64,000 nucleotides of DNA from Nemertoderma westbladi (Eukaryota; Animalia; Xenacoelomorpha). Under the pieces are notes generated by a model, which saw nothing but the letters and a program-made list of their open reading frames with translations, was not told where the DNA came from and did no database searches. Below, one piece after another: positions 1-11,955 of this stretch. Where the stretch lies: positions 1 to 64,000 of the forward strand of contig JAUCBJ010008717.1 of assembly GCA_032718475.1 (NCBI GenBank), given 5' to 3'. Position numbers and translations under genes: made by a program. Positions within the stretch are counted from its first letter, which is position 1. The number at the start of each line of letters is the position of its first letter.

Positions 1-2
1 AC

Positions 3-137
3 GATGTAGACACCGAAAGGGAAATGGTTTTATTTAAATATCATGCCCAGCGGAGTCGAAACGATAAATCGAGAATAGAACACGAGAACTCTATTCGAAA
101 TCAGCTCGAAAGAAAGAACGTGGAAGAAGGCTTGTAA
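3..137 (+). CDS. C-terminal end of an accessory ORF of the LTR element (5' part outside window)
   Basis: DVDTEREMVLFKYHAQRSRNDKSRIEHENSIRNQL matches the C-terminus of ORF 60577-60975(-). Confidence 0.55.
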   Translation, partial: DVDTEREMVLFKYHAQRSRNDKSRIEHENSIRNQLERKNVEEGL

Positions 138-903
138 AGACAAATATAGGCGAACCACTGGAGAAGAGACATATGTTAATGTCCAGGGTCCATAATGTGA
201 ATAGTTTTCCCCGGGGCACGGGTGCTCGCGGGCGGTCTCCTTCGGGAGGCTGTAAATTTCTCTTCCTTCATCGTTTTCCTGTAATTATTGTGATCAGTGT
301 CACAATTAAAAGACAAGAATGAATGATGATGTGATGGAAAACTTGTCCATTGTGGTGTCTTATGGATACTACCCTATATCCTTCCTCCTCTTTACTCCCT
401 TCATCGATCGACCAATCATAGTGGTATCGTGGTATGGATCATACCTCATCCTAATAAATCTCCTCACCTTCTCTTCCCAACGCGCTCGGAGCTTCGGGAA
501 ACGAATACTAAACCTCCCAGCCTTTACTGTTTATTTGGATGCCCATATTCGTGTCCGCACCGCCTTTCCCTGTACCATTCTGTTGATATTTATGATATCA
601 ACTTCCATTCCTCTTGTTGTTGATTGAATAATCAACCATAAATAATTTCCTTAAGTCCACAACCGTGATACAAACAAGGACTGAAAGGACACGTTGATAG
701 TTTATGAACAACTGGTACCATTATGTGTCATAAATCTGGTTGTTCACCCTCTTAATAATTGAGGATAAATACGTCTGGAGATAGTCTTCAAATGTTACAA
801 TCCTCCTACTGAGATCTTATTTCTGAATATTTCAGAATGCGAAATAGTTTTTCCTCTGCTCTACCATCGCTGTCGGAGAACATATTAGGCATACAATGGG
901 AAC

Positions 904-2679
904 ATGGAGAACATTCCATACCCTTTCGTTGATACTCAGCTGATTGCTCCTTGGGCCGAAGGCCGAGGTTTCTTTCGCACTATGTATGCCAATACACCCA
1001 GCGGCATTACTAAGGTACAACGGACATCCATCGGACATCTTGCCTTTCAAGAATATGGTTGGAATTTCAAAGTTGGAAATCCTATAAATTACCAGCAAGT
1101 ATATGGAGATCATTACTCTCGTTTATATTTTGATGGACCATTAACTGCGCCTGGTGCCGTATATAGCTTTATGAGTGTTCCCCTTCGCCCTTCCTTAGCT
1201 ATATACACGATCTTTGAAAACGCAGCACTTGCCGGTTGGCTAGCCGATGTGTGCAGTCGTACCATACGCGCTCACCCGTTAATACTTGGAACTAAACTCG
1301 CCAAGTTAGACGAACACAATAAGTTCATACGTTTCGAATGTTTCCGGCGCTTTCTGACTCCGTTCCGTAACGTCGATAGTCAGTTCAAAGATCGCGCGCT
1401 GACCAAGCTCAGTCTTAGAGACTCAGCTGCGGAGAAACTGAGTAGCGCTGGATTTGCCGTGTTTCAAGACGTTTGTATACAGAACTCACATTCATCTGTT
1501 ATACAAAGACCCCGAATACCTACAGGTTATTCTGTTGTGGAAATACAGACAGTGGGTCCACTTACGGAAACCGACGCACCCACTTCGTCTATGCAGCTGG
1601 AGGATGAACCAGTATGCTTGGAATCCGAAGCGATTCAACCTACGGCTTCTCGGAGCAGTGACAATGATTATGTCATAGAGTGGTATCAAGGTCCACAGCG
1701 TCTCACAGCGTACGATTATCGACACGCCAACTACGTTTCCCGAAAACGTTGTCGATTATGCGCATCGAGAGACCACTTCACTCCTCTAGACTCGAGCGTA
1801 CCTTGTTCCTATTTCCTCGAACAACCGATGATGGAAATATATTGTGCTTATTGCCGGCTTAATAACTCTCATATATTTGCCGTCTGCCCACAATTTATGA
1901 CTCAATGTCACTACTGCCAACTTAAAGGACACGAAAGTTACAACTGTCCCTTTAATCGCGATTTAGAGAGCGTAGACGAGATGATCACCCTGCGATACAT
2001 CCGAGCTTGGGAAGCGAACGCCGATTTACATTGCGAATCCCGACATCGCTATTACCCTGGACGAGCTTACGAGGGAGTTTACGCGTTCCATCCTTATCTA
2101 TTCGCGTCGATTGAACAGAAAACACGCGTACCAAGTTACGAGTTAATGAAGCGTGTTGGTGAGTGTATTTCCACCAAGTTTGTCAGGAAATACCTGAGAA
2201 ACGTTAACCCTAATGATATAACCACATATCACCTGATCAATTTTATCCGTCAGGACCCTGAGTATGGCGACATTTTCGTGAACTCGCATCCTGAACTCCA
2301 GGAAGTATCTCGGCGCCCATATGAATATCGAACCCGAGAACGCGAGCTGGAGAGAACCATTAAACCGAGAAAGTTCCTCACCACTCACGGTCCACCCACC
2401 GCTAGTGTCCAGACGACCCGTCAAGGACCCGTAGGAGCTGCTGTCCTGAGACGCGCTCTAAAGGCCGTTAGACCTCACTCCACTGAGGTTGATATTAATC
2501 AACCAGGTACTTCGACCGGCGGGTATACCGATCGTAACCCTGCCCCTTCTGATGCAATTATATTGCACCCTTCACCTAGGAGCTACAGCCCTCCTCGTAA
2601 AGTGGCTCGCCCCAAAGAGAAAAGGACTCTTGCTAGCCTTAAGAAACTGCGTAAACGCCGTCCGCGCAAGAAAGACTAA
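904..2679 (+). CDS. Accessory LTR-element protein (591 aa) with three CCHC-like zinc knuckles and a basic C-terminal NLS-like tail
   Basis: Uninterrupted ORF; CRLCASRDH..C, CAYCRLNNSHIFAVC, CHYCQLKGHESYNC; ends KKLRKRRPRKKD; conserved in the diverged copy at 59562-60560(-). Confidence 0.75.
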   Translation: MENIPYPFVDTQLIAPWAEGRGFFRTMYANTPSGITKVQRTSIGHLAFQEYGWNFKVGNPINYQQVYGDHYSRLYFDGPLTAPGAVYSFMSVPLRPSLAIYTIFENAALAGWLADVCSRTIRAHPLILGTKLAKLDEHNKFIRFECFRRFLTPFRNVDSQFKDRALTKLSLRDSAAEKLSSAGFAVFQDVCIQNSHSSVIQRPRIPTGYSVVEIQTVGPLTETDAPTSSMQLEDEPVCLESEAIQPTASRSSDNDYVIEWYQGPQRLTAYDYRHANYVSRKRCRLCASRDHFTPLDSSVPCSYFLEQPMMEIYCAYCRLNNSHIFAVCPQFMTQCHYCQLKGHESYNCPFNRDLESVDEMITLRYIRAWEANADLHCESRHRYYPGRAYEGVYAFHPYLFASIEQKTRVPSYELMKRVGECISTKFVRKYLRNVNPNDITTYHLINFIRQDPEYGDIFVNSHPELQEVSRRPYEYRTRERELERTIKPRKFLTTHGPPTASVQTTRQGPVGAAVLRRALKAVRPHSTEVDINQPGTSTGGYTDRNPAPSDAIILHPSPRSYSPPRKVARPKEKRTLASLKKLRKRRPRKKD

Positions 2680-2907
2680 CTGTTTAGAGTATTTTTATAT
2701 TTTAGAAACTGTGATTTTGTATATTTTATAGACTTAAATCCCATTTTCTGGGAGCGGTGTAAAAGCTTTTGTGGGATAACTGATTCGTTTGCCTTGTTGG
2801 CCAGTTCCCCCCCAGTCGCTAAGAATACTCTCAAAGTGATCTACAGCTAAAAATAGTGCAAGTTACCAGCTTATTGGCTGATTTGCTGTACGCAGGCATC
2901 TGGGCTC

Positions 2908-3983
2908 TGTTTAATCGGCCAACAAGCCTAGGGAGGTTGCGTCATAGCCTTGTTTTTGTATCTCCCAATAGAATTTGAGTTAGCCTTTGATTTTGACCTA
3001 TCACAGAGTACTGAACTGAAAATTTCCTATCTCACTGCTCTTTCTCTGTGTTGAACGGGAGCTTCGTGGAATAAGAGTGGTTGGTATACTCGTATAGAGC
3101 AGTAGTCACGAGTTTTTCAAAGCCACGAAAGAACGGCTTTATAGTGTTTTGTGCTTTCTGCTTTTTAGCTCAACACTAGTAGGTTTAATTACAAGGACAT
3201 ATATCCTTTAACTGACTTTAAACTCGATAAATATCACTCGAATTTAACTCGCACCTGATGACTGACTGATTGTCTTAACTCAAAACAAACTGGCACGATT
3301 GATCTGTGAATACTGCATACTGCTATTTGTTGTCGGTTATTCATTATATTTGTTGATGAATTATTATATTTGGAATAACGATCAATAACCCCGAAACCCA
3401 ATATTCTTGATATACCGAAGGTAAGAGAGAAAGGTTATCAATAACGATTGTGACTTATGTTAAAGTGGTTTGAAGTGAATCTAATGTTATTTGGTAGACC
3501 CTACATGAGTCAGTCTGTGTTCCTTTTATATGTGACTAAAATCAGTGAAGATTGGCAGATTAGTGTGCAGTATTGTGCAGCATTGTGTATGAGTGAGTCT
3601 GTTAAAGAAGCAATTCCTAAAGAATGCGCCATATATGTGAATTATAATTAAGCCATATCGTTGTGAGTAGTTTAAGTCATAACTCTGTTTATATAGATAA
3701 AGCGCCACGTCCTAAAGGAACTGTTAATACTCCCGAAGGTGAATAATATTGTCAGAGATTATATAATACTGTCAGTCGAATAATACATTAGGCTTACATA
3801 GCAATAAAATTAAACCGTCGAACCCAATCTCCCGGGAATATCCAGCGGGTGAATGGTCGCGCACGGATTGGTTTCGACTAGTGTAGTGAATCAAATACTT
3901 GTCATAGGCTAAAAAGCGATTTAATATCTAGAAGACATCTTAATTTGGCGGGTTAAACTGCCAAAGGTCTGAAAGCGCGAACA
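2908..3983 (+). repeat. 3' LTR of copy A (~1.08 kb, TGT...ACA)
   Basis: Starts TGTTTAATCGG and ends GCGCGAACA; the counterpart at 58252-59352(-) starts TGTTTTAACGG, ends GCGCGTACA and has similar length. The 5' boundary is less certain because no clear PPT is visible. Confidence 0.6.
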
Positions 3984-6460
3984 CCGGGATTACTGATGCA
4001 CGAGTAGAATTAAACGAATATCGGAATATTGATGTCGCAAATGACTTATTAACTAATGTTATAACAGATTCTACTGTCCCCAAAACAATAAAACAAACTC
4101 AGCACGGTACAATTTGGTTTGATAATGAGTGCCTTAACGCCAAAGCCAAAGTCGTAAACCTTTTCTACAACCGAAATAAATCACACGCCGACAACGACAT
4201 TTACTGGAATACCAGGAAGGATTACAATAATCTTCTAAAGGTTAAGCGTCAGAGCTATGAAGAATCTTGTTTAATAAAGCGAAATGAAAAATCCGAGATA
4301 ACACCATGGACTCTACTCAAAGAATTTAAACCCAACCACGTAGCCCCAATACCTACACCCCAACACCAACACCAACACCATGGACTCTACTCAAAGAATT
4401 TAAACCCAACCACGTAGCCCCAATACCTACACCCCAACACCAACACCAACACCATGGACTCTACTCAAAGAATTTAAACCCAACCACGTAGCCCCAATTC
4501 CTACACCCCAACACCAACACCAACACCATGGACTCTACTCAAAGAATTTAAACCCAACCACGTAGCCCCAATACCTACACCCCAACACCAACACCAACAC
4601 CATGGACTCTACTCAAAGAATTTAAACCCAACCACGTAGCCCCAATATCTACACCCCAACACCAACACCAACACCATGGACTCTACTCAAAGAATTTAAA
4701 CCCAACCACGTAGCCCCAATACCTATGGATAAACTTGAATCCCACTTTGATACTTTATTTAGTAGTAAGGAGTGGTATAATGAACCAATAACTGCCAAAG
4801 AAATCGAAGATACGATAAATCGGGTAGCACACAATAAAGTCTGTGGTCCGGACAATGTATATTACGAGCACTTAAAGAAAGCTCTTCCTTTCATATTACA
4901 TATATTGTCTTACTGTATAACGCATGTTTAGATGTGGGTTCCATCCCACAAGCCTGGATCTACAGTACAATCAAGATGTTGTACAAAGGGAAAGGCCCCA
5001 TTACCAACCCTGATAATTACCGTGGCATCGCATTACTCAGTGTGATACGCAAGATCTTTACCTCCATAATAAATAAACGCCTCTTACAAGGAAATATACT
5101 TCTCATTCCGCCTGAGCAATTCGGTTACACACCGGGAAAATCGACAATGGGTGCAATACACCAGCTGATCTCAGATATCAAATGTTTAATCGACTTCAAT
5201 GGGAGGGCCTATGTCGTCTTTGTGGACTTCCGAAAAGCGTTTGACACGACCAGTCGGAGAATATTCCGCTACAAATTATATAATGCTTTTGGTGTCAAAG
5301 GGAAAATGTCTTATATGTAATGTAAAAAAATATATATAAATATAATAAAATATAAATAAATATAAATATAATATATAAAAATATAAAAAAAATATATATG
5401 TAATCTTATAAAATCTTTATTAAAAGTTAACTACGTTCAGGTGTACGATGGCCTCCATCTCTCTAAGACTATACGTCAGATTATTGGATTCTTACAAGGT
5501 GACTGTCTGAGTCCCACATGCTTTATATTCTATATTGGTAACCTAGATAATGCTTTACGTAATGGTCTGGACTTTCTAAAAAGTATATTCTACCCCGACG
5601 ACCTGGCCGTCTACTCTTCAACCCCTAAATATGTCCAGCACGGACTAGACAACCTTCACATTTGGTGTAAACAGAACTCTCTAGATGTAAACCTTATCAA
5701 AACAAAAATAGTTAAATTCCGAAACGGGGGCCGCCTAGCCCTTTACGATAAATTTAATTATGACGGAAAACCAATAAAGATCAGTGACCACTACGAGTAT
5801 TTAGGCGTTACACTCCAGCTCACTTTAACATTTACCAAACATGTTAAATGTAAAAAGGAAAAATCCTACGCCGCCATCGGCTGTTTTAAAAATTTACACC
5901 GGGTATCTGTAGAAACTGGAATTAAATTATTTAATATGAAAATCGCTCCCATTGCCACATACGCATTAACTGAAATCGGACCATATGTTAATCTTTGCCA
6001 AATTAAAGACCTCGATAAAATAAAGACCACCTTCATCAAAAGACTTCTCGGCTTGCATATCATCTTCCTCCACACTTGCACTTAAACTAACTAACCAACA
6101 AACCTTCATCAACGACATTCTACTCAACACCCACATACAATTTAACTGTGACGTTCTAGAACTCTACAAACAACATCGATCTGATCGCAACGAAAATTTC
6201 AACCAACAACTCTACCAATTAGGACCGGCATTTAAGTCAAATACTTGGAAAACAGTAACCAGAAAAACAGACATTAAATAACCAGAGTTACATCCCACGG
6301 CTTCCATCACAAATCTGTTTAACTACCTCTTTCCACTCTCCAACCTCAGAATGTATCTGTAAATTATGTCTCAACTCGTCTAGCGACCGATACCACGTTC
6401 TTACTTGCCCACAGAACCCCCCTTTATCAACTCTAGCCAACCTCTAGCTACCTTATATAT
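3984..6460 (+). mobile_element. Degenerate non-LTR retrotransposon (LINE) ORF2: RT and C-terminal Cys/His domain, interrupted upstream by the LTR element
   Basis: WFDNEC linker; GPD, NYRGIALLS, QFGY, VDFRKAFD, QGDCLSP, YPDD (YADD equivalent), YLG motifs across ORFs 4725-4931, 4934-5320, 5441-6085; stops, frameshifts and an AT-rich insert at ~5310-5420. Confidence 0.85.
4301..4724. repeat. 74-bp tandem repeat, ~5.7 copies, expanded inside the LINE
   Basis: ACACCATGGACTCTACTCAAAGAATTTAAACCC... recurs at 4301, 4375, 4449, 4523, 4597, 4671. Confidence 0.95.
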
Positions 6461-7347
6461 TATTTTTTATTATTTTGAGAATTAAATTAAATATATTTTA
6501 TAGTTTTGCTTGCTAATATAATTAAAATAAATTTGATCAATAATTGTTACATTTACTCTACTAATGTATTAATTAGTGTTCATGTAGTTGTCCCATTATA
6601 AATCCTTTGAAATATTACACGGTTGAGCTTATACAATAGATATATTTATTGGTGGTGTATGTACCTTTCGTATGTCCACCAAGTGGCTTTGCAACCTTTA
6701 TAACTAATTCTTCTGTAACATCCTCATGGGGCGGCCTTCTACTGGGTCGATATCCTCGTTTCTTGGATTTTCGTTTCAATTTGTTGATCATAGTTTTATG
6801 AGGTTGATATTCATTAGGAAACCTACATTTAATAAAATGGATTTCCAAATGTTATTATATATTTCCTTAATATTTCAATATGTTGACCTGGGTGATTTCT
6901 ATAAACTTGTAAGTTTATTTAAAGATGACTTCCCTTTGTGTAATCAAAGGACTTCATTTTTTTTTATTATTCTTATTTATTTTATTGCCTGAAGCTCCAA
7001 AGTCAAATTTGGAGGCCGCGCGGAGGGCAGTACCCAACGAGCTGATGATTGGCGGCAATAAGCGTCAGCAAACTCTCCAGATCTACAGTACCTACGAAAC
7101 ACACAGCAACTAACATAAATACAGTAGAATTAATCTACACTGTACTGTACGTACACCTCGGTAAACTACAATACTTAGTAGGCCATATAATTTTCTAGAT
7201 TTCTAGATTCTTCTAAATTGCAGTACAAATATAAAATCATTCATCATTATCCAAAAATCGTAGCAAAAATCCTGAAATCCACAGGAAGGGCGCAATAAAG
7301 ATTATATTGGTTTTAATAGAAACTGCAGGACTTTCTACTTTTGATAA

Positions 7348-7913
7348 TGTTAGCGAATTCAATTCCGCCAATCGCCCCACAAAGTTAGATTTAAGCAATA
7401 TTCGGAGTACGAGGTTGATTGCCAATCAACCTCGTATCACCCCAACAAACGGGGACGAGAAAACCCCAAAGGACATACACACAATGGGGGTCAGGGGTTA
7501 TGCCTCTGACAGAGAGAGAATGACAGCAGCAAGGGAAAACACTCCCAGGGAGATGGGAGGGCGACAATTAAGTTATCAGCCAATGGGGGGCATGCATCGA
7601 CTGAGTAATGTAATACGGCCAACGGTGCAATATATATTACCGGTAACCGTGTCATTCACTCACTTTAGTTAGTCAGTTCAGTTAGGGCGGAACGGCAACT
7701 TCTATTACCGTTCGCTACCGCCACCATATCTTTACTTATTTACCGGTACACCATTTCATTTACTGACTGTGCCTATATTACCATTATATTATTATATCAA
7801 TTATCAATCAAGAACTTCAGAACTCTTAATCTACGAACCCTTTTCACACACACGGCGGGGACGCGTAAATAGAAACCCAAACAGATAAATCGTGATCCGT
7901 TGATCCCGTCACA
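7348..7913 (+). repeat. 5' LTR
   Basis: TGTTAGCGAATTC...GATCCCGTCACA; differs from 20642-21204 by roughly a dozen substitutions plus one small indel region. Confidence 0.95.
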
Positions 7914-7968
7914 GTAATAGAATCCAAGCTACCCGAAACTGTTACTGCCAGCCACCTAACGTAAAGTA

Positions 7969-9304
7969 ATGAGTCGAGAAGGAGAAACGACACCGCCACA
8001 GACCCCGACGGCGACCTAACGATCCGCGAGGACGCGACGCGTCGGTACAGACCCACGACGCTGGACCCGTCGACACCAGGCAATCCGGCAATCCAAGATG
8101 AGGGGGGCCGTCTACACCAAGAGGACGAGTCGGGAGGAGAGAGAGACGAGTCGACACACAACGGCGGTCGACGTGCCGATGTCGCCGGCCAGCCATAGGC
8201 CGAGGGCAACACACGGCCCACCGGAACGGCAACGGTGGGGCCGCCAGTACGACGCCGGACCCGGAGGGATAGAGAGGATGTCGGTGACAAGGACGTCGGG
8301 GTCAGCGACTGGCTCCGACGAGCCTACGCCGCAACCCGGAAGCAACTGAAAGAAGCCAACGGAGGGGCCAAGATAGACCAGGTGAAGTTTGAGAAGCGGT
8401 TAGGTTAGTCGAATAGACATTTTGACTATTTAATGCGTTTTGGGCAGGGAGAACTAGCCAGCAAGAGGGCGAGAGGGGTTGCCAGCGAACTGTTTGATCA
8501 ATGGGAATGTTGGGGTATGGAGCCTAGTGTAGTGTACATAGGGCCATACTTAGTCGATGCCCGGGGAATAAAATTAGTGGGTTGGAGGAGACCGCAGGAG
8601 GGCGAATCAGAGGTTAACCCCGAGGATTCGGTCTCGACGGTCGGAGAAAGTTCCGGGGGGCGGGGGAAGTTAGTAGGACGGGAAGGCAGAGGGAGTCCGT
8701 CGTAACCGATAAGTCTGCTACATTCTACGCAAAAGAAAGACGGGTGCGAGAAATAGATCTGGCGTGCCAACTCGATCTGGCAGCGCTAGACCAGAGAGAA
8801 TTAGAGAGACAGTTAGAGGAATAGAGTGCGTTAATAGAGAAGGAGAAAGAACTGGTTAGAGAGAATAGAGAGAGGGCCGAGAAGGCCGCGAGAAGCTTTA
8901 AAGAGTGTGAGGAAATAGGGAGTGTGGAAAGAAAGGAGCAAGAGGAGTGCAAGGCGGCGAGAGAGGCGAAAGAGGCGAGGGCGAAGAGTGAACTTAAGGA
9001 GCGCGAGGTGAGAGCGGATAATGAGCGAAGAGAGCGTGAGGTGAGAGCGGATAATGAGCGAAGAGAGCGTGAGGTGAGACGACTTGAGAGAGTTGCGAGA
9101 GAGGCGGAGTTAGCCGATCAGAGTACGTGGGAGGATAGGGAAAGAGAGATAACGGGGAAGCGTGTGCGGGATAATATGCACGCCCGGTTGAAGGGGCTTA
9201 TGCAATATCAAGCCAAACAGAAGCAGTACTGGTGGCTCTATCACAATAGAGCAATAGAGGCACTTAACAGTATTGCAAGTAGAGACGGATACCTCTTAGC
9301 TTAG
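7969..9304 (+). pseudogene. Disrupted N-terminal gag-like region (Arg/Glu-rich coiled coil) of the outer LTR element
   Basis: Purine-rich broken ORFs (8433-8705, 8924-9304 with EREVRADNERR repeats) directly after the 5' LTR. Confidence 0.5.
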
Positions 9305-9937
9305 CTTACATAATAAATATACATACCGGTACTGTAGCTTAAGTTTGGGGAGTGTCAGCGATACTGTGATAATTGTGTATACTGTTGTTCTCAATATACA
9401 AAATGAGATTTTAAAGATAATTTCAACCTAAAACAAACATTTCTACTTTTTAACCGGTTAATTGGAAATGGTTAACCGGTTGACGGAAAAATTAACCGCT
9501 TCAGGCCCTAGTTAGGATGCTGTATAATATAATTACTATATTATGTTTTAATTTTGTGTTTTATTTGTTTGAATTTAAATTTGGTAAATGTACCAGATAA
9601 GATTTAAATAATGTTTCTTTATATAACTATTTATTTTGGGGTGAGCCACGTAGGTCCAGTTGAGCCTTAGCGTGCTTATTAGTGAGCCGTCCATTGTCGT
9701 CGTCGAAATTGTCGTTTTCGAAAATGTTTGAAAGCTAATAAGTCGGTCAATCTTTGATGAAACGGAACCTTAGTTAGCTACATATATGTGTATATATATA
9801 TTATATACATATAAGCATTATTTAGGATATGCATTTTTAAGTATATATGCCTTACATTTACGCCAAGAAAACACATGGTCATAGGAACCAACAATTCAGT
9901 AAATTGAATACAATTCAGTAGATATGTATAAAATGAG

Positions 9938-11293
9938 TTAATCTTCAATTGTCATATCTATATCAAACGGGTGGAGTTTGAGCATGGTACAATACTCGTT
10001 GCATTTATGTTTTCGTTTAAAGTTTTCTATAGCGATATACGAACAATTTCCAACACAGAAATTTATTTCTGCCTTTTTATCAGGATCAGCACCCTGATCC
10101 TCGCGTTCTATCTTTCTCTCTGAGTACAGGTCAGTTGAAGCAATCTCAGGGTCGTATAAGTTGTATGCAGTACCTTGCACATCTAACACCATGAATTTCT
10201 CGGCGGAGTAATAATAACTAAAGTGGACTAGTGTCTGAGCTTTTAGAGCAGCCTCTTTGTCAACATCTGGTAAAAGTGGCAGTGGCGTCCCATCATTATT
10301 GATATATTTCACGAATTTACCTTCGACGTAATGCTCCACAGTAACTGCTTTATCGTCTAATGTGCTATAGAACACTTTGTTGTACCTAAATACTTCGCCT
10401 AATTCGGGTGGCGATGCAGCGCGCAGACTCTCTGCAATGCTGCCAGCAACTGAGTGCATCTGTACTTGCTTCCTGCAGTGATCTTCGAGTGTCATCCCTA
10501 ATTCCGCTATCTCAACTTCACAATCTGGCTTATAACATTTAACTATAAACTTTCTACCTTGAAGATCGTATGCAAAATATGCATTGCGAAAGCCCCCAGC
10601 AGCATACACGTCTAGTTCAATTTTCATCGCTTCCGGTTTGTACTCTATCCAAGTACTAGTTGCAACATTAAACTTCTCAAGTTTCATCTCTGCATCTTTC
10701 TTCTGACTCGGTTTAATAAGTTTACCGGCTTTCAGCAAGGTTGCTACAGATAATGAACGTGGATAAACAGAATTACACTGAGATGGACCGCTAGATACAG
10801 TACCGGTACTTGAAATTCCCACAGAACCGCTACTCGGTTGTCGTTGACTACCGGTAAACTGACCGGTAGGCCTATTATCTTCGCATTCCGAATCCGAATC
10901 TTCACCAACGAACGGCTTTTCGAGAAATCGTACAAGATAAACTGGGGTTTTCTTGCCACCAACTCCAAGCTGTGCCATGTTAAAACAAGATGGTCCACGA
11001 TCGCTAGCCAGAACATCACATGTATTCTTTGACTGGTTATAAAAGTTCTCGCAAGCAGTCTTAATATTCGGGATAGTAAGTTCGTCGTAAGTAAACGGTA
11101 CAAATTCGCGAGTATCCAATGGTTCGTACTTCTTCATCTTACCGGATGGGACAGAACTCAGCCGTAAAACAAGAATTTCATTCGGTGTCTCGGTTTTCGA
11201 TTTCACAGAACTCCGGACTTTTCTTTCCTTAATCTTCTGTGCGAACTGTTCCCAACTCTCGTTTCCCTGACGTTTTCCCTTTGGTAGCGGCAT
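9938..11293 (-). CDS. Alpha-kinase (eEF2K/MHCK/TRPM7-kinase family), intronless, 451 aa
   Basis: GGFRNAY, IVKCYK, VTVEHYVEGKFVKYINNDG, HFSY, MVLDVQG, YDPEIAS, GN, HKCNEYC are the characteristic alpha-kinase motifs; ORF intact. Confidence 0.93.
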   Translation of the reverse strand: MPLPKGKRQGNESWEQFAQKIKERKVRSSVKSKTETPNEILVLRLSSVPSGKMKKYEPLDTREFVPFTYDELTIPNIKTACENFYNQSKNTCDVLASDRGPSCFNMAQLGVGGKKTPVYLVRFLEKPFVGEDSDSECEDNRPTGQFTGSQRQPSSGSVGISSTGTVSSGPSQCNSVYPRSLSVATLLKAGKLIKPSQKKDAEMKLEKFNVATSTWIEYKPEAMKIELDVYAAGGFRNAYFAYDLQGRKFIVKCYKPDCEVEIAELGMTLEDHCRKQVQMHSVAGSIAESLRAASPPELGEVFRYNKVFYSTLDDKAVTVEHYVEGKFVKYINNDGTPLPLLPDVDKEAALKAQTLVHFSYYYSAEKFMVLDVQGTAYNLYDPEIASTDLYSERKIEREDQGADPDKKAEINFCVGNCSYIAIENFKRKHKCNEYCTMLKLHPFDIDMTIED

Positions 11294-11779
11294 GACTACT
11301 GTACTTAATACAGTAATACTGACTGACTACTACTGTACCGTACTACTCGGAGAAAAGCTATACTGTGTAGGGCATAGGGTACCGGTACGACCGAACTTCT
11401 GTACTTACTTTTTTAGTGCTTGGTACAGGACAGGTGACAGTGTACTGCATGGTATTGCACTATGACCGAGTATGTGGCCGAGTACCGGAATACTGAAACT
11501 AATCTCGAACTACAGGATACTGGAAGCCTACCGGTACAGCAAAACAGTATGTTAGTTAATGATACTGCAGGAAATACACATTTTGGCAGCTGTAGGCCAT
11601 GTTTCCATGTGTTTGAAAGTATTTGGCAGCAGTCGGCCACGTGTGAATTCAATTTTACTTTGCAATTTTTTTTTCTATTTCGCTGTGGCCGAGTACTGCC
11701 ACCTATACAGTATAATATAACTGCAGTGGTTAAATGAATACCTGGCAGCTGTAGGTCACGGTGGTTTAAGAAAAAAATT

Positions 11780-11945
11780 TAACATATTTTTTTATTGAAT
11801 TTTTTTTATTGAATTTTTTTATTGAATTTTTTTGTAATTTTTTTTATTGAAATTTTTTTTATTGAATTTTTTTATTGAATTTTTTTTTATTGAATTTTTT
11901 TTTAATTTTTTTTATTGAAATTTTTTTTATTAAATTTTTATTAGA
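11780..11945. repeat. T-rich low-complexity repeat (TTTTTTATTGAA)n
   Basis: Directly visible. Confidence 0.85.
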
Positions 11946-11955
11946 CATTGATGGT

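Larger units (their letters stand above)
1..3983 (+). mobile_element. 3' part of a BEL/Pao-family LTR retrotransposon (copy A): accessory ORF region plus 3' LTR
   Basis: Homologous in inverted orientation to 58252-61000, where the same element carries a BEL gag zinc knuckle and protease. Homology ends at ...GCGCGAACA (3983), directly abutting LINE sequence. Confidence 0.75.

Noticed and set aside
7307-7672. Duplicated ~120-aa ORF (also 20604-20966)
   Set aside because: Lies within the LTRs and starts outside them with different N-termini; duplication explained by LTR identity.
9300-9937. 3' LTR of the inner BEL element, which would make the kinase an env-position gene
   Set aside because: No sequence matching the LTR end at 14780-14900 is found here; only a possible hAT-like end (...CAGGCCCTA, ~9510) without a partner.
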